Shown: positions 18,222-26,876 of the stretch, in pieces
Layout: each line of letters begins with the position of its first letter
Numbering within the stretch: the stretch's first letter is position 1
Source of the DNA: a bacterium
GTDB taxonomy: Archaea > Nanobdellota > Nanobdellia > Pacearchaeales > GW2011-AR1
Reading direction: 5' to 3'
DNA length: 64,000 bases
Assembly (NCBI GenBank): GCA_036787775.1
Contig: DAIQOR010000001.1
Coordinates: 107,839 to 171,838, forward strand
Position numbers and translations under genes: made by a program
Notes under the pieces: model-generated
Databases searched by the model: none
Told to the model about the DNA's origin: nothing
The model's input: only the letters and a program-made list of their open reading frames with translations

Positions 18222-19316
18222 ATGAAAAGAGTGTTATTCAGTTTTATAATTATCTTATTAGTTTTACAATTCGTTTCAGCAGTCCAAGTTGATTTAGTAA
18301 AACCTTCTTATGAGAGATACGAAATTCTAACTGCGAAATTCTCAGGAAATTTTATTGATAACATAAAAGAAGAAAACGTTTTCTTTTACAGAACACATGT
18401 CAGAACACCAATGCAATTCACCTTACAAAAAATAAACGGAGATTTTTATATAACCGCGATGATTGAAGATAAACCTTCAGGAAATTATTCAATCTCAATT
18501 GAGAACGTGCGATATGCAAAAGGAATTGAAGTTTCAGACGACCCAATCGCAAAAACATTTGAAATCCTCGATTCGCAAGCAGAATTCACCCTCGACAAAT
18601 CAGTTGTAACAACAAACAAATCTTTCTCAATAATTTTACAAAATCTAAATGAAGAATCTCTCACAATTTATTTAAACAAAGACACAACAGAAGCAACAAC
18701 CACAACAACTCAAGAAAGAGAAATTAGCATAACCGAAGCACTTTTTGGAATGGACGAGAACGAAACAATTAATGAAACTACCACAACCGAAGAAACAATA
18801 ACCTATGATAAAGAAATAGTTTTGAAATCAGGAGAAATAAAAACAATACAAATTGAACCCTTGGCCGTCTCCGAACCAACATGGGCAAAATTAAAATTAT
18901 CTTCAAATAGAACAGAATATGAAATACAAATTTATGTTTTTGCAGGAGACGAAAATGAAATTATTCCCGATGACAAACCAATAATTCTTGACAATTCCAA
19001 CAAATCAGAAGACATTGTAAAAAATGTTTCCAATCTCACCGAAGCAGAATCAATCACAAAAACCTGTTCCCAACTTCAAGGAAATTTCTGTAACGAAACT
19101 CAAATCTGCGTCGACGACAAAACAAAATTAGCAAAAGACGGAAAGTGTTGTTTAAGTGAGTGCGCGATAAAACAAGAAAGCACATCAAATTTGAAAGTAT
19201 ACGGTTGGGCAATCCTTTTCATAATTGTTTTTTTCCTAGTCTGGTTCTTCAAAACAAAATATTCTAAAACCGGAACAAGAAGTGTAAGTCTTTTAGGATT
19301 TTTGAGGAAGAAATAA
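18222..19316 (+). CDS. Secreted surface protein with Cys motif and C-terminal TM anchor
   Basis: Signal peptide, Thr-rich linker, TCSQLQGNFCNETQICVDD..GKCCLSEC, then the TM helix WAILFIIVFFLVWFF. Confidence 0.7.
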   Translation: MKRVLFSFIIILLVLQFVSAVQVDLVKPSYERYEILTAKFSGNFIDNIKEENVFFYRTHVRTPMQFTLQKINGDFYITAMIEDKPSGNYSISIENVRYAKGIEVSDDPIAKTFEILDSQAEFTLDKSVVTTNKSFSIILQNLNEESLTIYLNKDTTEATTTTTQEREISITEALFGMDENETINETTTTEETITYDKEIVLKSGEIKTIQIEPLAVSEPTWAKLKLSSNRTEYEIQIYVFAGDENEIIPDDKPIILDNSNKSEDIVKNVSNLTEAESITKTCSQLQGNFCNETQICVDDKTKLAKDGKCCLSECAIKQESTSNLKVYGWAILFIIVFFLVWFFKTKYSKTGTRSVSLLGFLRKK

Positions 19317-19763
19317 TTAATCCTTCTTCGGCATCAAATCTTTCAATTTTTTTTCAAGAATAGCTTTCTCAGTTTGCATAACTCTTGCAATTTCGTCGTA
19401 GCCATGCAAAGCTCGAGTCAACTGATTCAAAATATCTGACCAGCCATTATTTGTCAAAACAATTAATTCAGGATTGTTAATCTCGATGTGTGCTGGCATA
19501 TACTTGAACATTATCATTGCAATATCAATTATTTCTTCCGCCTCAAATTCAACGTCCACAAACGCCGAAAAAAAATCCTTCTGGTCTTTCATCAAAACCG
19601 GCTCATGAATTTTTTTTTCAATTATTCTCACGCCCTTTTCCTCTCCAATCTGCCCAACAATATTTTCCATTGTCTCAACCAAATGCTCCGGCGGTCGTCC
19701 AATAACTTCTATAATCATGTTCACGCCGATTCCTCGAGTTTCTTTTATTTCATCTGAATTCAT
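19317..19763 (-). CDS. Hypothetical protein
   Basis: 148-aa ORF with ordinary composition and no family recognised. Confidence 0.6.
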   Translation of the reverse strand: MNSDEIKETRGIGVNMIIEVIGRPPEHLVETMENIVGQIGEEKGVRIIEKKIHEPVLMKDQKDFFSAFVDVEFEAEEIIDIAMIMFKYMPAHIEINNPELIVLTNNGWSDILNQLTRALHGYDEIARVMQTEKAILEKKLKDLMPKKD

Positions 19764-20301
19764 TTTTATTTTTCCTTTTATAATATTTTAATCCGAACAA
19801 AAAACAAATCAAAACACCAAAGCCAAAAAGCCCGTATTTCATAAAATTGTTTTCTTCTCCATTTTCAAAATTATTCTCCATTTTTATATCTTTTGGAACA
19901 AGACTAATCACCGAAGGCTCAGCGTCATAAGAAATTTTCTGCACCGCACTCGCCTCAACAATTTGCACCTCTTTACTTGTGCCCTTTAGGGTATCAATTT
20001 TTGGTTCTTTATCTTCCTCCGGCTCTTTTTTAACTTTGTCCTCGCAATCACAATCAACACAAGCCAAACCCTGTGTCTTTATTTTCTCCAAAGTCACCTC
20101 GCCAATTCTCTCCACATCAGTCAAATTCTCTACTGAAAAAAAAGGACGCGCGTCAATTATTCTTTGCGCAAGAGTCTCCCCAATACCTGACAATTCATCA
20201 AGCCTTTCCAACGAAGCCGAATTAATATTAATACAATTAGCGGAAACAAAAGAAACCAAAAAGAAAAATAATAAAATAACAATTAGCTTTTTCATCAACA
20301 A
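19750..20301 (-). CDS. comEA: ComEA-like helix-hairpin-helix DNA-binding protein; secreted with a C-terminal TM anchor
   Basis: INSASLERLDELSGIGETLAQRIIDARPF..ENLTDVERIGEVTLEKIK is the ComEA HhH repeat. An N-terminal signal and a C-terminal hydrophobic helix are present. Confidence 0.75.
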   Translation of the reverse strand: MLMKKLIVILLFFFLVSFVSANCININSASLERLDELSGIGETLAQRIIDARPFFSVENLTDVERIGEVTLEKIKTQGLACVDCDCEDKVKKEPEEDKEPKIDTLKGTSKEVQIVEASAVQKISYDAEPSVISLVPKDIKMENNFENGEENNFMKYGLFGFGVLICFLFGLKYYKRKNKNEFR

Positions 20302-20319
20302 AGGAAGAGAGATATAATT

Positions 20320-20853
20320 TTAAGCTTTGTCGTATTTATCCCCATACTTCTCAGAAAAATCCTCATAAATTATCTGCCCTCTTTCCCCCCCAATTTTTGC
20401 AATCCAAATTTGTGAGAAAATTTTATTTTTCAAACACCATGCGCATTTTTGCTTTTCAATTTTCGAAAGAGTCCCGTTAGTTTTAACCTCGACGCCAATC
20501 ACACTATAAACTCCGTCATGGATATGCTTAATAGAAATAAAATCCGGAAACCCCGTCCCAATTGTCATAACTTTTGAAAACGGATTAAACTTTCTCTTCG
20601 CAATAATTAATTTGTCAGTTTCCAAATCAACATTATTATTCCACTTATCCACAACTCTCCCCTGCTCTTCCAAATCTCTTCGAACCTTCAACTCAAACTG
20701 CGAACCTTTTGCTCTGGACTTTCCGCCCATTTTAATTTTAGCCTTTTCTTTAACCTGAGGAATTCCCCGCTCGTCATGGGAAACTTCATAATTATCTGGA
20801 TCTCCAGCTTTCCTAACCAAATCCATTATTTTTTCTCTTCGCTCTTTTTTCAT
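20320..20853 (-). CDS. hjc: PD-(D/E)xK nuclease resembling Holliday junction resolvase Hjc, with a basic N-terminal extension
   Basis: KGSQFELKVRRDLEEQG ... GFPDFISI ... VIGVEVKTNG follows the Hjc pattern (GS..ER...L...G, PD, E-x-K). Confidence 0.55.
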   Translation of the reverse strand: MKKERREKIMDLVRKAGDPDNYEVSHDERGIPQVKEKAKIKMGGKSRAKGSQFELKVRRDLEEQGRVVDKWNNNVDLETDKLIIAKRKFNPFSKVMTIGTGFPDFISIKHIHDGVYSVIGVEVKTNGTLSKIEKQKCAWCLKNKIFSQIWIAKIGGERGQIIYEDFSEKYGDKYDKA

Positions 20854-20884
20854 AATAATAAATAATTAAAGAACTATTTAAATT

Positions 20885-20959
20885 TTACAAATCTCTCGCT
20901 TCCAAAGCCCGCCCATCTTCTTCGGCAACATTCGGAACTGAATTATCTTTATCAAGCCT
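20885..20959 (-). pseudogene. Decayed fragment of the small histone-fold-like gene found intact at 22413..22607
   Basis: Translates (stop)RLDKDNSVPNVAEEDGRALEARDL*. The intact gene reads ..LDKDNSVPNVAEEVGRALERK[22 aa]LQARDL*. There is no start codon. Confidence 0.75.
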
Positions 20960-20974
20960 TTACAACTTTTTATA

Positions 20975-22186
20975 TTAGATCATAATTAAAAGAAATATAA
21001 TTAATAAAACTAATAGCAAAGTAATAACTAATAATGTCCAAAACAACCAATTAAATCCTTCCGATTGGACTAACACTTTTTCTTCGGTTGGAATATTGCA
21101 TCCAGTTATTTCTGAAGGTTTTCCGTAACCATAAAATTCCCCGCAATAGTTTGTATCAGTACACGTTCTTGATTGCACACCATCAAAACAAGCACTCCAA
21201 CTCCCGCATTCCCAATTTGGTTCGCAATATTGATTAATCTGATTAATATTTAGTCTATCATCTTCATTATCCTCGTCATCATCGTTAGGTTCATCATCGT
21301 TATTTTTAATAACAAAATCGTCAGTACTTGTCAAAGTTTCATAAACTTGGGAACTATCTGTACATTGAACATTGAATTTAAAAGTTCCAGCATTTGAAAA
21401 TTTATCTGTATACTCAAAAAGTTTTGAAGTTGAATTGTAAGGCATTAGATTGGATGTTCCAAATATATCTGTACTTGGAATTGCAGGAACGTAATTAAGA
21501 TAACCTGCGCCCGCAGGATCTGAACCTGGAGCGTAACCCCAGAAAACCGCAAGTGTATCATCCCAAGTATAATCAGCATCAATGCCCTTAGCAATTAATT
21601 GAACCGGTTGAAGACCATTTCTAGTCGAAGTAGTTGCATCTAATTGAGTAGTTATATAATTAGTTAAGCTGTCTATACTTGTCCAAAGTGATGTATCAAA
21701 GAAAATTGTATGGTACCCAGCATTTGGACCACCAGCAACATTTACCAAAATCACTCCCAAATCATCTCTTCCTAAAATATCACTAGTTATTTTTTGACCA
21801 TTAGATGTAATGTGTTGAATTGGTGTAGAATCACCTGAAATAAACCATGAACCATCATTATAATTAGTAGTTGGCAAACCAGGATAAGTATAAGAGAAAA
21901 AAGTTTTGGAAATTTGCCATGAACTTGGTTCATCGAGAGTCACAGCACCATCCATATCAAATGCAATCTCGCAAACACCTGTGTTTATGTTAGAGCCATT
22001 TGTCAAATTAGTATAATTTGCATAAAATATATTATTTCCATTAACAAAAACATCTTCGCTATCTGAATTATCACCAATTTCTAAATTAGTTTGATTACCA
22101 TAAATATTTCCTACAGCTAAAATTCCTGATACAGAAATCAGCAAGAAAAAAATACTAAATACTGCTAAACTTAATTTGTTCATCAA
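20975..22186 (-). CDS. Secreted surface protein with Asp-rich linker, Cys motif and C-terminal TM anchor
   Basis: Signal peptide, DDEPNDDDEDNEDD linker, YCEPNWECGSWSACFDGVQSRTCTDTNYC, then the TM helix WLFWTLLVITLLLVLLIIFLLI. Confidence 0.7.
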   Translation of the reverse strand: MMNKLSLAVFSIFFLLISVSGILAVGNIYGNQTNLEIGDNSDSEDVFVNGNNIFYANYTNLTNGSNINTGVCEIAFDMDGAVTLDEPSSWQISKTFFSYTYPGLPTTNYNDGSWFISGDSTPIQHITSNGQKITSDILGRDDLGVILVNVAGGPNAGYHTIFFDTSLWTSIDSLTNYITTQLDATTSTRNGLQPVQLIAKGIDADYTWDDTLAVFWGYAPGSDPAGAGYLNYVPAIPSTDIFGTSNLMPYNSTSKLFEYTDKFSNAGTFKFNVQCTDSSQVYETLTSTDDFVIKNNDDEPNDDDEDNEDDRLNINQINQYCEPNWECGSWSACFDGVQSRTCTDTNYCGEFYGYGKPSEITGCNIPTEEKVLVQSEGFNWLFWTLLVITLLLVLLIIFLLIMI

Positions 22187-22412
22187 ATCTTATTTAAAAC
22201 CTAATTCTTAAATGTTTCTATTCCAATGTAATTTTAAAATGACACTTAATCAAAGAATTTTCTAAAAAAGTGAACCCAAAAAACAAGATTCTAAATGATA
22301 TTATCAAGATTGAGATATTCTTTTGTAATTATTTTAGAAAAATTTAAAACTCAATAATTCACAAATCACGTGCCTTCATTTGACGACGCTTCGGCGAATG
22401 AATGAACGAGAC

Positions 22413-22607
22413 CTAAAGGTCTCGTGCTTGCAAAGTCCGTCGCCCATTTTCCTTTGCCCTCTTAATCGCCTCAATCAAAATCTCTTCAGTTTTTCTTTCC
22501 AATGCTCGCCCAACTTCTTCGGCAACATTCGGAACAGAATTATCTTTATCTAACTCCCTAACAATTTTTTTAATATTACTCCGAATTATCAAACCACCTT
22601 TCGCCAT
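22413..22607 (-). CDS. Small histone-fold-like DNA-binding protein (DUF1931-like)
   Basis: 64-aa basic helical ORF with 1-nt stop/start overlap with lysS. The family assignment is tentative. Confidence 0.55.
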   Translation of the reverse strand: MAKGGLIIRSNIKKIVRELDKDNSVPNVAEEVGRALERKTEEILIEAIKRAKENGRRTLQARDL

Positions 22608-24085
22608 TATTTCTTCCCCTTCTTCCCATCTTTAGGTCGCATCAATGGAAAAATAACACATTCTCTCAAAGGCTTCCCAACTAAAAATCCAAATAATCTT
22701 TCCGAAACTCCAAACCCGCAAGTCGGAGGCATTCCATATTTCAAAGCCTCAACAAAATCTTTATCATGATCCTGCGCCTCGCTGTCTCCAGCATTTTTCA
22801 TTTCCATCTGATGTTCAAATCTTTTTTCCTGATCAATCGGGTCGTTCAATTCTGAATAACCATTTCCAACTTCGCTCCCCGCAATAATAACTTGAAACTG
22901 CTCAACCTTTCTTTTATCATCAATCATTCTCTTAGCCAAAGGCGAAACCTCAACAGGTTGCCCAACCAAAAATCCAGGACCCGCAAGATTCTTCCGGCAA
23001 TATTTCCAAAGCACATCAACAAGTCGCCACTTACTCGCCGTGTCCTCATACTCTACTTTCAATTTAATAAGTTTATTAATCAAATCCTCGACGCTGGCCT
23101 CATAAATATCCATCCCAGTATATTTCTTAATAATTTTCTCAAAATCATAAATCTTCCACTCGTCGGCCAAATCAAACTTATGCCCATTATTCTCAAACTT
23201 CGTCGTCCCAAAAACTTCCTTCGCAATTTTCTTATACATTTCCTGAACCAACTTCATCCCATCCTCGTGATTCGCGTAAGCCCAATAAAATTCCATCTGA
23301 GTGTAATCCTGCAAATGCTCCATATCCATTCCTTCGTTTCTAAATTGCCGACCTATCTCAAAAGTTTTTTCGTAACCCGCAACCATCAACTTTTTCTGCC
23401 AAAGTTCCCCCATAGAAATTCTCAAATAAACATCTAAATCTAAAGCATTATGGTGAGTTGAAAAAGGAGTCGCCGAAGCACCGCCCGCACTATTTTCTAA
23501 AACCGGAGTTTCAACTTCCATAAAATCTTTACTCAACAAAAAACTTCTCATAGCATTCCAAAACTTAGATTTCTTGGCAAACAAATCTCGAACATCTGGA
23601 TTCATCAAAATATCTAAATATCTTTTTCTATATCTTTCCTCGTCATCTTTCAACCCATGAAATTTTTCCGGCAAAGGCAAAATTGATTTAGTCAAAAATT
23701 CAAAACTCTTAACTAACAAAGATTTCTGTCCAGTTTTTGTTTTAATAATTTCTCCCTGCACTCCAATAAAATCTCCAGAATCAACATATCTTTTGAAAAA
23801 CTTTTTTTTCTCGTCGGCAATCTCGCTTTCTTGCAAAACCAACTGAACATCTCCCGTGCCATCTCTCAAAGTCGCAAACGCAATTTTTCCCAAGTCACGA
23901 TTAGTCATAACTCTCCCAGCAGTTTTAACCTTCGCGCCAATCTTAGAATTCGAACACTCCAAACAAGTCTGCTTTTTATCATATCGATGCGCGTAAGCCT
24001 CGACACCCAAACTCTTCAACTCGTTAAGTTTCTTCAACCTCTCGTTAATAATTTGTTCTTCTCTTCCCATGCAATTTAATACCAA
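22607..24085 (-). CDS. lysS: Lysine--tRNA ligase, class II
   Basis: N-terminal OB anticodon-binding domain and class II core motifs (FEIGRQFRNEGMDMEHLQDYTQMEFYWAY; GFGVSERL). Confidence 0.9.
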   Translation of the reverse strand: MVLNCMGREEQIINERLKKLNELKSLGVEAYAHRYDKKQTCLECSNSKIGAKVKTAGRVMTNRDLGKIAFATLRDGTGDVQLVLQESEIADEKKKFFKRYVDSGDFIGVQGEIIKTKTGQKSLLVKSFEFLTKSILPLPEKFHGLKDDEERYRKRYLDILMNPDVRDLFAKKSKFWNAMRSFLLSKDFMEVETPVLENSAGGASATPFSTHHNALDLDVYLRISMGELWQKKLMVAGYEKTFEIGRQFRNEGMDMEHLQDYTQMEFYWAYANHEDGMKLVQEMYKKIAKEVFGTTKFENNGHKFDLADEWKIYDFEKIIKKYTGMDIYEASVEDLINKLIKLKVEYEDTASKWRLVDVLWKYCRKNLAGPGFLVGQPVEVSPLAKRMIDDKRKVEQFQVIIAGSEVGNGYSELNDPIDQEKRFEHQMEMKNAGDSEAQDHDKDFVEALKYGMPPTCGFGVSERLFGFLVGKPLRECVIFPLMRPKDGKKGKK

Positions 24086-24118
24086 AATACTTTTATATAT
24101 TTAACTTTTAGCAATTTC

Positions 24119-24514
24119 ATGGAATTTGAATTGGGAGAATTTGTTAATTATGGATTTATAGCAATTGTATCAACGTCTATTGCATATAGTTATCTATCGG
24201 AAAAATTAAAACATGAAAGATATTTAGATGAAAGGGGGAGAACTTGTCTCGACCACATTTTTGAAATAACATTTCCGAGCGATGAAAATATAGCAAGAGT
24301 GCTAACAAATATTCCGGAAATTTTTTTGACATCCGAGGAAAAATATCTGCTCATGGATTTAAGAAAACAATATCAATTAGAGCGACCTTTTACTCATCTC
24401 TATAATCTGGCATCTGAAGAAACAAAAGAAAAATATTGGAAAAAGCATAATGAAATCGCACACCTTCTTTGGCCACGAGAAAAAAAGAAAAAACATTTGA
24501 AAATTATTAAATAA
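24119..24514 (+). CDS. Hypothetical protein
   Basis: 131-aa ORF with one N-terminal hydrophobic helix. Confidence 0.55.
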   Translation: MEFELGEFVNYGFIAIVSTSIAYSYLSEKLKHERYLDERGRTCLDHIFEITFPSDENIARVLTNIPEIFLTSEEKYLLMDLRKQYQLERPFTHLYNLASEETKEKYWKKHNEIAHLLWPREKKKKHLKIIK

Positions 24515-24946
24515 TTAACTTCTTCGCTTAGGAATCTTTTTTTCAAACCCGTGATTCGCCAATTCTTCATTTAGCAATTCATCTACAAGAATTTGAAATT
24601 TATCCCAACGCGAAACATATTTGAATTGCACTTTATAGAAGCCGTCAATTAATTTTTGCACCTTCAAAAATAACGGAAACAATTTCTCGTTCCGCACTTT
24701 ATATTTTCCCAAAAGCTGATTAACAACCAATTCCGAATCCAAAAAACAAGTAACTTCTTTATCAAACTTCGACGCCAATTCCAAAGCCTTTATCACGCCC
24801 TCGTACTCCGCAATATTATTCGTGACATGTCCCCCGACCATTTGACTGTATTTAGTAAGAATTTCGTCATTTCTTCGAACTATAACTCCAATCGCACCAG
24901 GTCCAGGATTTCCTCTTGCACCTCCGTCAGAATTTGTGAATATCAT
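24515..24946 (-). CDS. rnhA: Ribonuclease HI
   Basis: FTNSDGGARGNPGPGAIGVI...NNIAEYEGVIKALELA...DSELVVNQL is the type 1 RNase H DEDD core. Confidence 0.85.
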   Translation of the reverse strand: MIFTNSDGGARGNPGPGAIGVIVRRNDEILTKYSQMVGGHVTNNIAEYEGVIKALELASKFDKEVTCFLDSELVVNQLLGKYKVRNEKLFPLFLKVQKLIDGFYKVQFKYVSRWDKFQILVDELLNEELANHGFEKKIPKRRS

Positions 24947-25467
24947 AAAATAATCTCCCCGATATTTTTTCTATCCATCACAATTTGCTCATCATCTTTT
25001 TCTGGATAACCCAAAACAATCGAATACGGAATAACATAATTCTTAGGAATTCCCAAAATCTTTTTCATTTTCTTTTCTTCCATCAAACCAATAAAACAAC
25101 TTCCAAGCCCCAACTCCGTCGCCCGCAAAACCAACCCATAACAAGCAATCGACAAATCAATCAACGCCCACTTTTTCTTCGCCTTCTTATATTTTTTATT
25201 CCGCTTTTCATCATACGCCTTCAAATCCGAACAGCAAACCAAAATCACAGGCGCAGAATAAACAAAATCTTGCTTAAACACATTTTCCTTCCTCAACAAT
25301 TCTTTAGTTTTCTCATCATCAACGATTTTAAATTTCCAAGGCTGAGTATTCTTCGAAGAAGGCGAAAGCCGAGCAACATCAATCAAATCATCAATAATTT
25401 TTTTAGAAATTTCTTTAGGTTTGTATTTCCTAATTGATTGCCTCTTTTTTATTATTTCTTTGATCAT
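24943..25467 (-). CDS. Nitroreductase-family protein
   Basis: RQSIRKYKPKEISKK..L..ARLSPSSKNTQPWKF is the nitroreductase N-terminal signature. Confidence 0.8.
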   Translation of the reverse strand: MIKEIIKKRQSIRKYKPKEISKKIIDDLIDVARLSPSSKNTQPWKFKIVDDEKTKELLRKENVFKQDFVYSAPVILVCCSDLKAYDEKRNKKYKKAKKKWALIDLSIACYGLVLRATELGLGSCFIGLMEEKKMKKILGIPKNYVIPYSIVLGYPEKDDEQIVMDRKNIGEIIL

Positions 25468-25739
25468 ATATGCAAATTTTTGAAAACTTTAAAATCCTGA
25501 AATCTTTCTGGCTTGACTTCAACTTTTTTTATCATCGAATGCTTCGGTCCCTTCTCGCACAACTCAATCATTTTATTAACATCATTCAAATCCCCTTCAA
25601 GAAACGCCTCAACACGCCCGTCCTCAAGATTCCTCACGAACCCTTTAACATTGTGCCGTTCAGCATTCTCCTTCACGAACGCCCGAAAAAAAACGCCCTG
25701 AACCGTTCCGTCAATATACAATCTCACAGATTTCTTCAT
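25464..25739 (-). CDS. acyP: Acylphosphatase
   Basis: 91 aa with GTVQGVFFRAFVKENAERHNVKGFVRNLEDGRVEA, the acylphosphatase signature. Confidence 0.9.
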   Translation of the reverse strand: MKKSVRLYIDGTVQGVFFRAFVKENAERHNVKGFVRNLEDGRVEAFLEGDLNDVNKMIELCEKGPKHSMIKKVEVKPERFQDFKVFKNLHI

Positions 25740-25825
25740 ACTTTAAAAAATGATAAGAGGTTATTAAATATTTTGATACGAAATTTCATATAAAAGTTTA
25801 AATAGATTCAATCTTTAATTAACAC

Positions 25826-26008
25826 ATGTCAGAAAAGGAAAAGAAATTAGAAAAAAAATTAAAAGAATGGAACGAACGGGAAATAGCTAAAGGATTAGTC
25901 GACATAAAAATTTCTGGAACAGGCACGAAAGTTAGTAGAATGGAAGCATATAGAGAAATGCTTCAAGCCCTAAGTGCACAAACAATTCCTGACTATAAAC
26001 TTTACTAA
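25826..26008 (+). CDS. Hypothetical small protein
   Basis: 60-aa charged ORF. Confidence 0.4.
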   Translation: MSEKEKKLEKKLKEWNEREIAKGLVDIKISGTGTKVSRMEAYREMLQALSAQTIPDYKLY

Positions 26009-26583
26009 ATTCCCCTATAATCCAACTCATTATTCACAACCGCAATAGTTTGCGACGCAAAATACATTTTATCTCCAATAGTAACTTTAGTCGCCACATC
26101 TTTCAATCTTTTCAATTCTTTCTTCGGCAAACCCTCGTGGTCTCCAACAACAAAAACACAATCATTTGGAATCTCAACCTTTCGAATATCATCACCCCGC
26201 TTATCTAAAATAAAAATCTCCTTCCCCTCCTCAATCATTTCATCAATCAATTTCAAAAAACTCTTCTTCTCAACAAACGACCCAGGAAAAACCTCGTTCT
26301 TCTCGTCCTTCTTATATTTATACAAAATCTTTTTAATTATCTTAGAAACATCTTTCTTATTCAAACCCAACTCGTCCGTAACTTGAATCTCGATGTGCTT
26401 CGGAGGGTCCGGCATCCCATAAAAAACAAAATGAAATTTCGCATCTCGCCTAAAATCGTGCGACAAAAAAACGCCCTGAATAAAACTATGAATTGCGATG
26501 TCCATCCGCCCGGCCTTCATCAAATCGTCCCCGAAATTTCCAGAGGTGGGCGCGCTCGAAGAAAAGTAAATAAATTCTCTCAT
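26005..26583 (-). CDS. trmY: tRNA (pseudouridine54-N1)-methyltransferase TrmY (SPOUT, DUF358)
   Basis: The N-terminus ..FIYFSSSAPTSGNF..DLMKAGRMDIAIHSFIQGVFLSHDFRRD..FHFVFYG resembles the TrmY family. Confidence 0.7.
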   Translation of the reverse strand: MREFIYFSSSAPTSGNFGDDLMKAGRMDIAIHSFIQGVFLSHDFRRDAKFHFVFYGMPDPPKHIEIQVTDELGLNKKDVSKIIKKILYKYKKDEKNEVFPGSFVEKKSFLKLIDEMIEEGKEIFILDKRGDDIRKVEIPNDCVFVVGDHEGLPKKELKRLKDVATKVTIGDKMYFASQTIAVVNNELDYRGI

Positions 26584-26642
26584 AAAGTTATATATTTTTT
26601 AGTTATATAAATGTTTTAATATCCATTTTTCCTAATAATTTT

Positions 26643-26876
26643 ATGGAGAAACATTCTTTTGGAAAGGAATGCGAAGATATTGAAAGAAGATGTTCTTGCG
26701 AAATTCCAATAATAAATGTTGGAGATTTAGAATTTTTGTTGAGAAAAAATGATCTTTATTTTCTGCCGATTTCTTTGCTGGCATTTCCTTCAAAAATAAA
26801 AAACTCTCTCCTAGACAAATATTACCATTTAAGAAAAATATCTCACAAGCATTATAATTGCGATGACGAAGATTAA
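26643..26876 (+). CDS. Hypothetical small Cys-containing protein (strand uncertain)
   Basis: 77-aa ORF. A competing antisense ORF at 26641..26922 has poorer, F/L-rich composition. Confidence 0.35.
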   Translation: MEKHSFGKECEDIERRCSCEIPIINVGDLEFLLRKNDLYFLPISLLAFPSKIKNSLLDKYYHLRKISHKHYNCDDED

